Assembly: GCA_964016885.1 (NCBI GenBank)
Contig: OZ024752.1
Span: 18,538,001-18,602,000 of the forward strand
Origin: Eledone cirrhosa
Taxonomy: Eukaryota
Reading direction: 5' to 3'
DNA length: 64,000 nt
Shown: positions 12,801 to 27,265 of the stretch, in pieces
Layout: each line of letters starts with the position of its first letter
Numbering within the stretch: position 1 is the first letter of the stretch
The notes under the pieces: model-generated
What the model was told of the DNA's origin: nothing
The model's input: only the letters and a program-made list of their open reading frames with translations
Database searches by the model: none
Translations under genes and position numbers: made by a program

Positions 12801-13985
12801 GTGGTCACTGTGGTGTAGAAGTAGGTGAAAGACTAGTTGTGTGGTCACTGTGGTGTAGAATGTAGGTGAAAGACTAGTTGTGTGGTCACTGTGGTGTAGA
12901 ATGTAGGTGAAAGACTAGTTGTGTGCTCATTGTGGTGTAGAATGTAGGTGAAAGACTAGTTGTGTGGTCACTGTGGTGTAGAAGTAGGTGAAAGACTAGT
13001 TGTGTGGTCACTGTGGTGTAGAATGTAGGTGAAAGACTAGTTGTGTGGTCATTGTGGCGTAGAATGTAGGTGAAAGACTAGTTGTGTGGTCACTGTGGTG
13101 TAGAATGTAGGTGAAAGGCTAGTTGTGTGGTCATTGTGGCGTAGAATGTAGGTGAAAGACTAGTTGTGTGGTCACTGTAGTGTAGAATGTAGGTGAAAGA
13201 CTAGTTGTGTGGTCACTGTGGTGTAGAAGTAGGTGAAAGACTAGTTGTGTGGTCACTGTGGTGTAGAATGTAGGTGAAAGACTAGTTGTGTGGTCACTGT
13301 GGTGTAGAATGTAGGTGAAAGACTAGTTGTGTGGTCACTGTGGTATAGAAGTAGGTGAAAGACTTGTTGTGTCGTCACTGTGGTGTAGAATGTAGGTGAA
13401 AGACTAGTTGTGTGGTCATTGTGGTGTAGAATGTAGGTGAAAGACTAGTTGTGTGGTCACTGTGGTGTAGAAGTAGGTGAAAGACTAGTTGTGTGGTCAT
13501 TGTGGTGTAGAAATAGGTGAAAGACTAGTTTTGTGGTCACTGTGTCGTAGAATGTAGGTGAAAGACTAGTTGTGTGGTCACTGTGGTGTAGAAGTAGGTG
13601 AAAGAGTAGTTGTGTGGTCATTGTGGTGTAGAAGTAGGTGAAATACTAGTTGTGTGGTCACTATGGCATAGAATGTAGGTGAAAGACTAGTTGTGTGGTC
13701 ACTGTGGTGTAGAATGTAGGTGAAAGGCTAGTTGTGTGGTCATTGTGGCGTAGAATGTAGGTGAAAGACTAGTTGTGTGGTCACTGTAGTGTAGAATGTA
13801 GGTGAAAGAATAGTTGTGTGGTCATTGTGGTGTAGAAGTAGGTGAAAGACTAGTTGTGTGGTCACTGTGGTGTAGAAGTAGGTGAAAGACTAGTTGTGTG
13901 GTCACTGTGGTGTAGAAGTAGGTGAAAGACTAGTTGTGTGGTCATTGTGGTGTAGAAGTAGGTGAAAGACTAGGTGTGTGGTCAC
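9888..13985 (+). repeat. Left-domain higher-order repeat, copy 3 (about 4.1 kb, then diverges)
   Basis: Markers: taaaagaagttg 10358, gttatg 11097/11583, cassette 12158/12402. Several monomers are deleted relative to copy 2, and the order switches to a different downstream module after gactaggtgtg (~13970). Confidence 0.75.
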
Positions 13986-16900
13986 TGTGGCGTAGAATGT
14001 AGGTGAAAGACTAGTTGTGTGGTCACTGTGGTGTAGAATGTAGTTGAAAGACCAGTTGTGTGGTCACTGTGGTGTAGAAGTAGGTGAAAGACTAGTTGTG
14101 TGGTCATTGTGGTGTAGAAGTAGGTGAAAGACTAGTTGTGTGGTCACTGTGGTGTTGAATGTAGGTGAAAGACTAGTTGTGTGGTCACTGTGGCGTAGAA
14201 TGTAGGTGAAAGACTAGTTGTGTGGTCACTGTGGTGTAGAATGTAGTTGAAAGACTAGTTGTGTGGTCACTGTAGTGTAGAATGTAGGTGAAAGACTAGT
14301 TGTGTGGTCACTGTGGTGTAGAAGTAGGTGAAAGACTAGTTGTGTGGTCACTGTGGTGTAGAATGTAGGTGAAAGACTAGTTGTGTGGTCACTGTGGTGT
14401 AGAATGTAGGTGAAAGACTAGCTGTGTGGTCACTGTGGTGTAGAAGCAGGTGAAAGACTAGTTGTGTGGTCACTGTGGTGTAGAATGTAGGTGAAAGACT
14501 AGTTGTGTGGTCATTGTGGTGTAGAATGTAGGTGAAAGACTAGTTGTGTGGTCACTGTGGTGTCGAAGTCGGTGAAAGACTAGTTGTGTGGTCATTGTGG
14601 TGTAGAAGTAGGTGAAAGACTAGTTGTGTGGTCACTGTGGCGTAGAATGTAGGTGAAAGACTAGTTGTGTTGTCACTGTGGTGTAGAATGTAGGTGAAAG
14701 ACTAGTTGTGTGGTCACTGTGGTGTAGAAGTAGGTGAAAGACTAGTTGTGTGGTCACTGTGGTGTAGAAGTAGGTGAAAGGCTAGTTGTGTGGTCATTGT
14801 GGTTTATGTGAGTAGGTGAAAGACTAGTTGTGTGGTCACTGTGGTGTAGAAGTAGGTGAAAGACTAGTTGTGTGGTCACTGTGGTGTAGAATGTAGGTGA
14901 AAGACTAGTTGTGTGGTCACTGTGGTGTAGAATGTAGGTGAAAGACTAGTTGTGTGGTCACTGTGGTGTAGAAGTAGGTGAAAGACTAGTTGTGTGGTCA
15001 TTGTGATGTAGAAGTAGGTGAAAGACTAGTTGTGTGGTCATTGTTGTGTAGAAGTAGGTGAAAGACTAGTTGTGTGGTCATTGTGGTGTAGAAGTAGGTG
15101 AAAGACTAGTTGTGTGGTCACTGTGTCATAGAATGTAGGTGAAAGACTAGTTGTGTGGTCACTGTGGCGTAGAATGTAGGTGAAAGACTAGTTGTGTGGT
15201 CACTGTGGTGTAGAATGTAGGTGAAAGACTAGTTATGTGGTCATTGTGGTGTAGAATGTAGGTGAAAGACTAGTTGTGTGGTCACTGTGGTGTCGAAGTC
15301 GGTGAAAGACTAGTTGTGTGGTCATTGTGGTGTAGAAGTAGGTAAAAGACTAGTTGTGTGGTCACTGTGGCGTAGAATGTAGGTGAAAGACTAGTTGTGT
15401 TGTCACTGTGGTGTAGAATGTAGGTGAAAGACTAGTTGTGTGGTCACTGTGGTGTAGAAGTAGGTCAAAGACTAGTTGTGTGGTCATTGTGATGTAGAAG
15501 TAGGTGAAAGACTAGTTGTGTGGTCATTGTTGTGTAGAAGTAGGTGAAAGACTAGTTGTGTGGTCATTGTGGTGTAGAAGTAGGTGAAAGACTAGTTTTG
15601 TGGTCACTGTGTCATAGAATGTAGGTGAAAGACTAGTTGTGTGGTCACTGTGGCGTAGAATGTAGGTGAAAGACTAGTTGTGTGGTCACTGTGGTGTAGA
15701 ATGTAGGTGAAAGACTAGTTGTGTGGTCATTGTGGTGTAGAAGTAGGTGAAAGACTAGTTGTGTGGTCACTGTGGTGTAGAAGTAGGTGAAAGACTAGTT
15801 GTGTGGTCACTGTGGTGTAGAATGTAGGTGAAAGACTAGTTGTGTGGTCATTGTAGTGTAGAATGTAGGTGAAAGACTAGTTGTGTGGTCACTGTGGTGT
15901 AGAAGTAGGTGAAAGACTAGTTGTGTGGTCATTGTGGTGTAGAATGTAGGTGAAAGACTAGTCGTGTGGTCACTGTGGTGTAGAAGTAGGTGAAAGACTA
16001 GTTGTGTGGTCATTGTGGTGTAGAATGTAGGTGAAAGACTAGTTGTGTGGTCACTGTGGTGTAGAAGTAGGTGAAAGACGTTGTGTGGTCACTGGTGTAG
16101 AAGTAGGTGAAAGACTAGTTGTGTGGTCACTGTGGTGTAGAAGTAGGTGAAAGACTAGTTGTGTGGTCACTGTGGTGTAGAATGTAGGTGAAAGACTAGT
16201 TGTGTGGTCACTGTGGTGTAGAAGTAGGTGAAAGACTAGTTGTGTGGTCACTGTGGTGTAGAATGTAGGTGAAAGGCTAGTTGTGTGGTCATTGTGGTTT
16301 ATGTGAGTAGGTGAAAGACTAGTTGTGTGGTCACTGTGGTGTAGAAGTAGGTGAAAGACTAGTTGTGTGGTCACTGTGGTGTAGAATGTAGGTGAAAGGC
16401 TAGTTGTGTGGTCATTGTGGTTTATGTGAGTAGGTGAAAGACTAGTTGTGTGGTCACTGTGGTGTAGAAGTAGGTGAAAGACTAGTTGTGTGGTCACTGT
16501 GGTGTAGAATGTAGGTGAAAGACTAGTTGTGTGGTCACTGTGGTGTAGAATGTAGGTGAAAGACTAGTTGTGTGCTCATTGTGGTGTAGAATGTAGGTGA
16601 AAGACTAGTTGTGTGGTCACTGTGGTGTAGAAGTAGGTGAAAGACTAGTTGTGTGGTCACTGTGGTGTAGAATGTAGGTGAAAGACTAGTTGTGTGGTCA
16701 TTGTGGCGTAGAATGTAGGTGAAAGACTAGTTGTGTGGTCACTGTGGTGTAGAATGTAGGTGAAAGGCTAGTTGTGTGGTCATTGTGGCGTAGAATGTAG
16801 GTGAAAGACTAGTTGTGTGGTCACTGTAGTGTAGAATGTAGGTGAAAGACTAGTTGTGTGGTCACTGTGGTGTAGAAGTAGGTGAAAGACTAGTTGTGTG

Positions 16901-18597
16901 GTCACTGTGGTGTAGAATGTAGGTGAAAGACTAGTTGTGTGGTCACTGTGGTGTAGAATGTAGGTGAAAGACTAGTTGTGTGGTCACTGTGGTATAGAAG
17001 TAGGTGAAAGACTTGTTGTGTCGTCACTGTGGTGTAGAATGTAGGTGAAAGACTAGTTGTGTGGTCATTGTGGTGTAGAATGTAGGTGAAAGACTAGTTG
17101 TGTGGTCACTGTGGTGTAGAAGTAGGTGAAAGACTAGTTGTGTGGTCATTGTGGTGTAGAAATAGGTGAAAGACTAGTTTTGTGGTCACTGTGTCGTAGA
17201 ATGTAGGTGAAAGACTAGTTGTGTGGTCACTGTGGTGTAGAAGTAGGTGAAAGAGTAGTTGTGTGGTCATTGTGGTGTAGAAGTAGGTGAAAGACTAGTT
17301 GTGTGGTCACTATGGCATAGAATGTAGGTGAAAGACTAGTTGTGTGGTCACTGTGGTGTAGAATGTAGGTGAAAGGCTAGTTGTGTGGTCATTGTGGCGT
17401 AGAATGTAGGTGAAAGACTAGTTGTGTGGTCACTGTAGTGTAGAATGTAGGTGAAAGAATAGTTGTGTGGTCATTGTGGTGTAGAAGTAGGTGAAAGACT
17501 AGTTGTGTGGTCACTGTGGTGTAGAAGTAGGTGAAAGACTAGTTGTGTGGTCACTGTGGTGTAGAAGTAGGTGAAAGACTAGTTGTGTGGTCATTGTGGT
17601 GTAGAAGTAGCTGAAAGACTAGGTGTGTGGTCACTGTGGCGTAGAATGTAGGTGAAAGACTAGTTGTGTGGTCACTGTGGTGTAGAATGTAGTTGAAAGA
17701 CCAGTTGTGTGGTCACTGTGGTGTAGAAGTAGGTGAAAGACTAGTTGTGTGGTCATTGTGGTGTAGAAGTAGGTGAAAGACTAGTTGTGTGGTCACTGTG
17801 GTGTTGAATGTAGGTGAAAGACTAGTTGTGTGGTCACTGTGGCGTAGAATGTAGGTGAAAGACTAGTTGTGTGGTCACTGTGGTGTAGAATGTAGTTGAA
17901 AGACTAGTTGTGTGGTCACTGTAGTGTAGAATGTAGGTGAAAGACTAGTTGTGTGGTCACTGTGGTGTAGAAGTAGGTGAAAGACTAGTTGTGTGGTCAC
18001 TGTGGTGTAGAATGTAGGTGAAAGACTAGTTGTGTGGTCACTGTGGTGTAGAATGTAGGTGAAAGACTAGCTGTGTGGTCACTGTGGTGTAGAAGCAGGT
18101 GAAAGACTAGTTGTGTGGTCACTGTGGTGTAGAATGTAGGTGAAAGACTAGTTGTGTGGTCATTGTGGTGTAGAATGTAGGTGAAAGACTAGTTGTGTGG
18201 TCACTGTGGTGTCGAAGTCGGTGAAAGACTAGTTGTGTGGTCATTGTGGTGTAGAAGTAGGTGAAAGACTAGTTGTGTGGTCACTGTGGCGTAGAATGTA
18301 GGTGAAAGACTAGTTGTGTTGTCACTGTGGTGTAGAATGTAGGTGAAAGACTAGTTGTGTGGTCACTGTGGTGTAGAAGTAGGTGAAAGACTAGTTGTGT
18401 GGTCACTGTGGTGTAGAAGTAGGTGAAAGGCTAGTTGTGTGGTCATTGTGGTTTATGTGAGTAGGTGAAAGACTAGTTGTGTGGTCACTGTGGTGTAGAA
18501 GTAGGTGAAAGACTAGTTGTGTGGTCACTGTGGTGTAGAATGTAGGTGAAAGACTAGTTGTGTGGTCACTGTGGTGTAGAATGTAGGTGAAAGACTA
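11300..18597 (+). repeat. 3649-bp tandem block duplication (about 11300-14948 and 14949-18597)
   Basis: Constant offset of 3649: attgttgtg 11391/15040, cassette 12158/15807 and 12402/16051, ggtgttgaat 14151/17800, ggtttatgtg 14801/18450. Confidence 0.88.
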
Positions 18598-21500
18598 GCT
18601 GTGTGGTCACTGTGGTGTAGAAGCAGGTGAAAGACTAGTTGTGTGGTCACTGTGGTGTAGAATGTAGGTGAAAGACTAGTTGTGTGGTCATTGTGGTGTA
18701 GAATGTAGGTGAAAGACTAGTTGTGTGGTCACTGTGGTGTCGAAGTCGGTGAAAGACTAGTTGTGTGGTCATTGTGGTGTAGAAGTAGGTGAAAGACTAG
18801 TTGTGTGGTCACTGTGGCGTAGAATGTAGGTGAAAGACTAGTTGTGTTGTCACTGTGGTGTAGAATGTAGGTGAAAGACTAGTTGTGTGGTCACTGTGGT
18901 GTAGAAGTAGGTGAAAGACTAGTTGTGTGGTCATTGTGATGTAGAAGTAGGTGAAAGACTAGTTGTGTGGTCATTGTGGTGTAGAAGTAGGTGAAAGACT
19001 AGTTGTGTGGTCACTGTGGCGTAGAATGTAGGTGAAAGACTAGTTGTGTGGTCACTGTGGTGTAGAATGTAGGTGAAAGACTAGTTGTGTGGTCATTGTG
19101 GTGTAGAAGTAGGTGAAAGACTAGTTGTGTGGTCACTGTGGTGTAGAAGTAGGTGAAAGACTAGTTGTGTGGTCACTGTGGTGTAGAATGTAGGTGAAAG
19201 ACTAGTTGTGTGGTCATTGTAGTGTAGAATGTAGGTGAAAGACTAGTTGTGTGGTCACTGTGGTGTAGAAGTAGGTGAAAGACTAGTTGTGTGGTCATTG
19301 TGGTGTAGAATGTAGGTGAAAGACTAGTCGTGTGGTCACTGTGGTGTAGAAGTAGGTGAAAGACTAGTTGTGTGGTCATTGTGGTGTAGAATGTAGTTGA
19401 AAGACTAGTTGTGTGGTCACTGTGGTGTAGAAGTAGGTGAAAGACGTTGTGTGGTCACTGGTGTAGAAGTAGGTGAAAGACTAGTTGTGTGGTCACTGTG
19501 GTGTAGAAGTAGGTGAAAGACTAGTTGTGTGGTCACTGTGGTGTAGAATGTAGGTGAAAGACTAGTTGTGTGGTCACTGTGGTGTAGAAGTAGGTGAAAG
19601 ACTAGTTGTGTGGTCACTGTGGTGTAGAATGTAGGTGAAAGGCTAGTTGTGTGGTCATTGTGGTTTATGTGAGTAGGTGAAAGACTAGTTGTGTGGTCAC
19701 TGTGGTGTAGAAGTAGGTGAAAGACTAGTTGTGTGGTCACTGTGGTGTAGAATGTAGGTGAAAGGCTAGTTGTGTGGTCATTGTGGTTTATGTGAGTAGG
19801 TGAAAGACTAGTTGTGTGGTCACTGTGGTGTAGAAGTAGGTGAAAGACTAGTTGTGTGGTCACTGTGGTGTAGAATGTAGGTGAAAGACTAGTTGTGTGG
19901 TCACTGTGGTGTAGAATGTAGGTGAAAGACTAGTTGTGTGCTCATTGTGGTGTAGAATGTAGGTGAAAGACTAGTTGTGTGGTCACTGTGGTGTAGAAGT
20001 AGGTGAAAGACTAGTTGTGTGGTCACTGTGGTGTAGAATGTAGGTGAAAAACTAGTTGTGTGGTCATTGTGGCGTAGAATGTAGGTGAAAGACTAGTTGT
20101 GTGGTCACTGTGGTGTAGAATGTAGGTGAAAGGCTAGTTGTGTGGTCATTGTGGCGTAGAATGTAGGTGAAAGACTAGTTGTGTGGTCACTGTAGTGTAG
20201 AATGTAGGTGAAAGACTAGTTGTGTGGTCACTGTGGTGTAGAAGTAGGTGAAAGACTAGTTGTGTGGTCACTGTGGTGTAGAATGTAGGTGAAAGACTAG
20301 TTGTGTGGTCACTGTGGTGTAGAATGTAGGTGAAAGACTAGTTGTGTGGTCACTGTGGTGTAGAAGTAGGTGAAAGACTAGTTGTGTGGTCACTGTGGTG
20401 TAGAATGTAGGTGAAAGACTAGTTGTGTGGTCATTGTGGTGTAGAATGTAGGTGAAAGACTAGTTGTGTGGTCACTGTGGTGTAGAAGTAGGTGAAAGAC
20501 TAGTTGTGTGGTCATTGTGGTGTAGAAGTAGGTGAAAGACTAGTTTTGTGGTCACTGTGTCATAGAATGTAGGTGAAAGACTAGTTGTGTGGTCATTGTG
20601 GTGTAGAATGTAGGTGAAAGACTAGTTGTGTGGTCACTGTGGTGTAGAAGTAGGTGAAAGACTAGTTGTGTGGTCATTGTGGTGTAGAATGTAGGTGAAA
20701 GACTAGTTGTGTGGTCACTGTGGTGTAGAAGTAGGTAAAAGAAGTTGTGTGGTCACTGTGTTGTAGAAGTAGGTGAAAGACTAGTTGTGTGGTCACTGTG
20801 GTGTAGAATGTAGGTGAAAGTCTAGTTGTGTGGTCATTGTGGCGTAGAATGTAGGTGAAAGACTAGTTGTGTGGTCACTGTGGTGTAGAAGTAGGTGAAA
20901 GACTAGTTGTGTGGTCATTGTGGTGTAGAAGTAGGTGAAAGACTAGTTGTGTGGTCATCGTGGTGTAGAAGTAGGTGAAAGACTAGTTGTGTGGTCACTG
21001 TGGTGTAGGATGTAGGTGAAAGACTAGTTGTGTGGTCACTGTGGTGTAGATTGTAGGTGAAAGACTAGTTGTGTGGTCACTTTGGTGTAGAATGTAGGTG
21101 AAAGACTAGTTGTGTGGTCACTGTGGTGTAGAATGTAGGTGAAAGACTAGTTGTGTGGTCACTGTGGTGTAGAATGTAGGTGAAAGACTAGTTGTGTGGT
21201 TACTGGGTGTAGAATGTAGGTGAAAGACTAGTTGTGTGGTCATTGTGGTGTAGAAGTAGGTGAAAGACTAGTTGTGTGGTCACTGTGGTGTAGAATGTAG
21301 GTGAAAGGCTAGTTGTGTGGTCATTGTGGCGTAGAATGTAGGTGAAAGACTAGTTGTGTGGTCACTGTAGTGTAGAATGTAGGTGAAAGACTAGTTGTGT
21401 GGTCACTGTGGTGTAGAAGTAGGTGAAAGACTAATTGTGTGGTCACTGTGGTGTAGAATGTAGGTGAAAGACTAGTTGTGTGGTCACTGTAGTGTAGAAT

Positions 21501-24500
21501 GTAGGTGAAAGACTAGCTGTGTGGTCACTGTGGTGTAGAAGCAGGTGAAAGACTAGTTGTGTGGTCACTGTGGTGTAGAATGTAGGTGAAAGACTAGTTG
21601 TGTGGTCATTGTGGTGTAGAATGTAGGTGAAAGACTAGTTGTGTGGTCACTGTGGTGTCGAAGTCGGTGAAAGACTAGTTGTGTGGTCATTGTGGTGTAG
21701 AAGTAGGTGAAAGACTAGTTGTGTGGTCACTGTGGCGTAGAATGTAGGTGAAAGACTAGTTGTGTTGTCACTGTGGTGTAGAATGTAGGTGAAAGACTAG
21801 TTGTGTGGTCACTGTGGTGTAGAAGTAGGTGAAAGACTAGTTGTGTGGTCATTGTGATGTAGAAGTAGGTGAAAGACTAGTTGTGTGGTCATTGTGGTGT
21901 AGAAGTAGGTGAAAGACTAGTTGTGTGGTCACTGTGGCGTAGAATGTAGGTGAAAGATTAGTTGTGTGGTCACTGTGGTGTAGAATGTAGGTGAAAGACT
22001 AGTTGTGTGGTCATTGTGGTGTAGAAGTAGGTGAAAGACTAGTTGTGTGGTCACTGTGGTGTAGAAGTAGGTGAAAGACTAGTTGTGTGGTCACTGTGGT
22101 GTAGAATGTAGGTGAAAGACTAGTTGTGTGGTCATTGTAGTGTAGAATGTAGGTGAAAGACTAGTTGTGTGGTCACTGTGGTGTAGAAGTAGGTGAAAGA
22201 CTAGTTGTGTGGTCATTGTGGTGTAGAATGTAGGTGAAAGACTAGTCGTGTGGTCACTGTGGTGTAGAAGTAGGTGAAAGACTAGTTGTGTGGTCATTGT
22301 GGTGTAGAATGTAGGTGAAAGACTAGTTGTGTGGTCACTGTGGTGTAGAAGTAGGTGAAAGACGTTGTGTGGTCACTGGTGTAGAAGTAGGTGAAAGAGT
22401 AGTTGTGTGGTCACTGTGGTGTAGAAGTAGGTGAAAGACTAGTTGTGTGGTCACTGTGGTGTAGAATGTAGGTGAAAGACTAGTTGTGTGGTCACTGTGG
22501 TGTAGAAGTAGGTGAAAGACTAGTTGTGTGGTCACTGTGGTGTAGAATGTAGGTGAAAGGCTAGTTGTGTGGTCATTGTGGTTTATGTGAGTAGGTGAAA
22601 GACTAGTTGTGTGGTCACTGTGGTGTAGAAGTAGGTGAAAGACTAGTTGTGTGGTCACTGTGGTGTAGAATGTAGGTGAAAGGCTAGTTGTGTGATCATT
22701 GTGGTTTATGTGAGTAGGTGAAAGACTAGTTGTGTGGTCACTGTGGTGTAGAAGTAGGTGAAAGACTAGTTGTGTGGTCACTGTGGTGTAGAATGTAGGT
22801 GAAAGACTAGTTGTGTGGTCACTGTGGTGTAGAATGTAGGTGAAAGACTAGTTGTGTGCTCATTGTGGTGTAGAATGTAGGTGAAAGACTAGTTGTGTGG
22901 TCACTGTGGTGTAGAAGTAGGTGAAAGACTAGTTGTGTGGTCACTGTGGTGTAGAATGTAGGTGAAAGACTAGTTGTGTGGTCATTGTGGCGTAGAATGT
23001 AGGTGAAAGACTAGTTGTGTGGTCACTGTGGTGTAGAATGTAGGTGAAAGGCTAGTTGTGTGGTCATTGTGGCGTAGAATGTAGGTGAAAGACTAGTTGT
23101 GTGGTCACTGTAGTGTAGAATGTAGGTGAAAGACTAGTTGTGTGGTCACTGTGGTGTAGAAGTAGGTGAAAGACTAGTTGTGTGGTCACTGTGGTGTAGA
23201 ATGTAGGTGAAAGACTAGTTGTGTGGTCACTGTGGTGTAGAATGTAGGTGAAAGACTAGTTGTGTGGTCACTGTGGTATAGAAGTAGGTGAAAGACTTGT
23301 TGTGTGGTCACTGTGGTGTAGAATGTAGGTGAAAGACTAGTTGTGTGGTCATTGTGGTGTAGAATGTAGGTGAAAGACTAGTTGTGTGGTCACTGTGGTG
23401 TAGAAGTAGGTGAAAGACTAGTTGTGTGGTCACTGTGGTGTAGAATGTAGGTGAAAGACTAGTTGTGTGGTCACTGTGGTGTAGAATGTAGGTGAAAGAC
23501 TAGCTGTGTGGTCACTGTGGTGTAGAAGCAGGTGAAAGACTAGTTGTGTGGTCACTGTGGTGTAGAAGTAGGTGAAAGACTAGTTGTGTGGTCACTGTGG
23601 TGTAGAAGTAGGTGAAAGACTAGTTGTGTGGTCACTGTGGTGTAGAATGTAGTTGAAAGACCAGTTGTGTGGTCACTGTGGTGTAGAAGTAGGTGAAAGA
23701 CTAGTTGTGTGGTCATTGTGGTGTAGAAGTAGGTGAAAGACTAGTTGTGTGGTCACTGTGGTGTTGAATGTAGGTGAAAGACTAGTTGTGTGGTCACTGT
23801 GGCGTAGAATGTAGGTGAAAGACTAGTTGTGTGGTCACTGTGGTGTAGAATGTAGTTGAAAGACTAGTTGTGTGGTCACTGTAGTGTAGAATGTAGGTGA
23901 AAGACTAGTTGTGTGGTCACTGTGGTGTAGAAGTAGGTGAAAGACTAGTTGTGTGGTCACTGTGGTGTAGAATGTAGGTGAAAGACTAGTTGTGTGGTCA
24001 CTGTGGTGTAGAATGTAGGTGAAAGACTAGCTGTGTGGTCACTGTGGTGTAGAAGCAGGTGAAAGACTAGTTGTGTGGTCACTGTGGTGTAGAATGTAGG
24101 TGAAAGACTAGTTGTGTGGTCATTGTGGTGTAGAATGTAGGTGAAAGACTAGTTGTGTGGTCACTGTGGTGTCGAAGTCGGTGAAAGACTAGTTGTGTGG
24201 TCATTGTGGTGTAGAAGTAGGTGAAAGACTAGTTGTGTGGTCACTGTGGCGTAGAATGTAGGTGAAAGACTAGTTGTGTTGTCACTGTGGTGTAGAATGT
24301 AGGTGAAAGACTAGTTGTGTGGTCACTGTGGTGTAGAAGTAGGTGAAAGACTAGTTGTGTGGTCACTGTGGTGTAGAAGTAGGTGAAAGACTAGTTGTGT
24401 GGTCACTGTGGTGTAGAATGTAGGTGAAAGACTAGTTGTGTGGTCACTGTGGTGTAGAAGTAGGTGAAAGACTAGTTGTGTGGTCACTGTGGTGTAGAAT

Positions 24501-24599
24501 GTAGGTGAAAGGCTAGTTGTGTGGTCATTGTGGTTTATGTGAGTAGGTGAAAGACTAGTTGTGTGGTCACTGTGGTGTAGAAGTAGGTGAAAACTAGTT

Positions 24600-27265
24600 G
24601 TGTGGTCACTGTGGTGTAGAATGTAGGTGAAAGACTAGTTGTGTGGTCACTGTGGTGTAGAATGTAGGTGAAAGACTAGCTGTGTGGTCACTGTGGTGTA
24701 GAAGCAGGTGAAAGACTAGTTGTGTGGTCACTGTGGTGTAGAATGTAGGTGAAAGACTAGTTGTGTGGTCATTGTGGTGTAGAATGTAGGTGAAAGACTA
24801 GTTGTGTGGTCACTGTGGTGTCGAAGTCGGTGAAAGACTAGTTGTGTGGTCATTGTGGTGTAGAAGTAGGTGAAAGACTAGTTGTGTGGTCACTGTGGCG
24901 TAGAATGTAGGTGAAAGACTAGTTGTGTTGTCACTGTGGTGTAGAATGTAGGTGAAAGACTAGTTGTGTGGTCACTGTGGTGTAGAATGTAGGTGAAAGA
25001 CTAGTTGTGTGGTCACTGTAGTGTAGAATGTAGGTGAAAGACTAGTTGTGTGGTCACTGTGGTGTAGAAGTAGGTGAAAGACTAGTTGTGTGGTCATTGT
25101 GATGTAGAAGTAGGTGAAAGACTAGTTGTGTGGTCATTGTGGTGTAGAAGTAGGTGAAAGACTAGTTGTGTGGTCACTGTGGCGTAGAATGTAGGTGAAA
25201 GACTAGTTGTGTGGTCACTGTGGTGTAGAATGTAGGTGAAAGACTAGTTGTGTGGTCATTGTGGTGTAGAAGTAGGTGAAAGACTAGTTGTGTGGTCACT
25301 GTGGTGTAGAAGTAGGTGAAAGACTAGTTGTGTGGTCACTGTGGTGTAGAATGTAGGTGAAAGACTAGTTGTGTGGTCATTGTAGTGTAGAATGTAGGTG
25401 AAAGACTAGTTGTGTGGTCACTGTGGTGTAGAAGTAGGTGAAAGACTAGTTGTGTGGTCATTGTGGTGTAGAATGTAGGTGAAAGACTAGTCGTGTGGTC
25501 ACTGTGGTGTAGAAGTAGGTGAAAGACTAGTTGTGTGGTCATTGTGGTGTAGAATGTAGGTGAAAGACTAGTTGTGTGGTCACTGTGGTGTAGAAGTAGG
25601 TGAAAGACGTTGTGTGGTCACTGGTGTAGAAGTAGGTGAAAGACTAGTTGTGTGGTCACTGTGGTGTAGAAGTAGGTGAAAGACTAGTTGTGTGGTCACT
25701 GTGGTGTAGAATGTAGGTGAAAGACTAGTTGTGTGGTCACTGTGGTGTAGAAGTAGGTGAAAGACTAGTTGTGTGGTCACTGTGGTGTAGAATGTAGGTG
25801 AAAGGCTAGTTGTGTGGTCATTGTGGTTTATGTGAGTAGGTGAAAGACTAGTTGTGTGGTCACTGTGGTGTAGAAGTAGGTGAAAGACTAGTTGTGTGGT
25901 CACTGTGGTGTAGAATGTAGGTGAAAGACTAGTTGTGTGGTCACTGTGGTGTAGAATGTAGGTGAAAGACTAGCTGTGTGGTCACTGTGGTGTAGAAGCA
26001 GGTGAAAGACTAGTTGTGTGGTCACTGTGGTGTAGAATGTAGGTGAAAGACTAGTTGTGTGGTCATTGTGGTGTAGAATGTAGGTGAAAGACTAGTTGTG
26101 TGGTCACTGTGGTGTCGAAGTCGGTGAAAGACTAGTTGTGTGGTCATTGTGGTGTAGAAGTAGGTGAAAGACTAGTTGTGTGGTCACTGTGGCGTAGAAT
26201 GTAGGTGAAAGACTAGTTGTGTTGTCACTGTGGTGTAGAATGTAGGTGAAAGACTAGTTGTGTGGTCACTGTGGTGTAGAATGTAGGTGAAAGACTAGTT
26301 GTGTGGTCACTGTAGTGTAGAATGTAGGTGAAAGACTAGTTGTGTGGTCACTGTGGTGTAGAAGTAGGTGAAAGACTAGTTGTGTGGTCATTGTGATGTA
26401 GAAGTAGGTGAAAGACTAGTTGTGTGGTCATTGTGGTGTAGAAGTAGGTGAAAGACTAGTTGTGTGGTCACTGTGGCGTAGAATGTAGGTGAAAGACTAG
26501 TTGTGTGGTCACTGTGGTGTAGAATGTAGGTGAAAGACTAGTTGTGTGGTCATTGTGGTGTAGAAGTAGGTGAAAGACTAGTTGTGTGGTCACTGTGGTG
26601 TAGAAGTAGGTGAAAGACTAGTTGTGTGGTCACTGTGGTGTAGAATGTAGGTGAAAGACTAGTTGTGTGGTCATTGTAGTGTAGAATGTAGGTGAAAGAC
26701 TAGTTGTGTGGTCACTGTGGTGTAGAAGTAGGTGAAAGACTAGTTGTGTGGTCATTGTGGTGTAGAATGTAGGTGAAAGACTAGTCGTGTGGTCACTGTG
26801 GTGTAGAAGTAGGTGAAAGACTAGTTGTGTGGTCATTGTGGTGTAGAATGTAGGTGAAAGACTAGTTGTGTGGTCACTGTGGTGTAGAAGTAGGTGAAAG
26901 ACGTTGTGTGGTCACTGGTGTAGAAGTAGGTGAAAGACTAGTTGTGTGGTCACTGTGGTGTAGAAGTAGGTGAAAGACTAGTTGTGTGGTCACTGTGGTG
27001 TAGAATGTAGGTGAAAGACTAGTTGTGTGGTCACTGTGGTGTAGAAGTAGGTGAAAGACTAGTTGTGTGGTCACTGTGGTGTAGAATGTAGGTGAAAGGC
27101 TAGTTGTGTGGTCATTGTGGTTTATGTGAGTAGGTGAAAGACTAGTTGTGTGGTCACTGTGGTGTAGAAGTAGGTGAAAGACTAGTTGTGTGGTCACTGT
27201 GGTGTAGAATGTAGGTGAAAGACTAGTTGTGTGGTCACTGTGGTGTAGAATGTAGGTGAAAGACT
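24600..27265 (+). repeat. 1294-bp (about 32-monomer) tandem block duplication
   Basis: Offset of 1294: agctgtg 24678/25972, ORF-track 25336/26630 and 25580/26874, tttatgtgag 25827/27121. Both cassette copies carry only one 42-bp monomer. Confidence 0.88.
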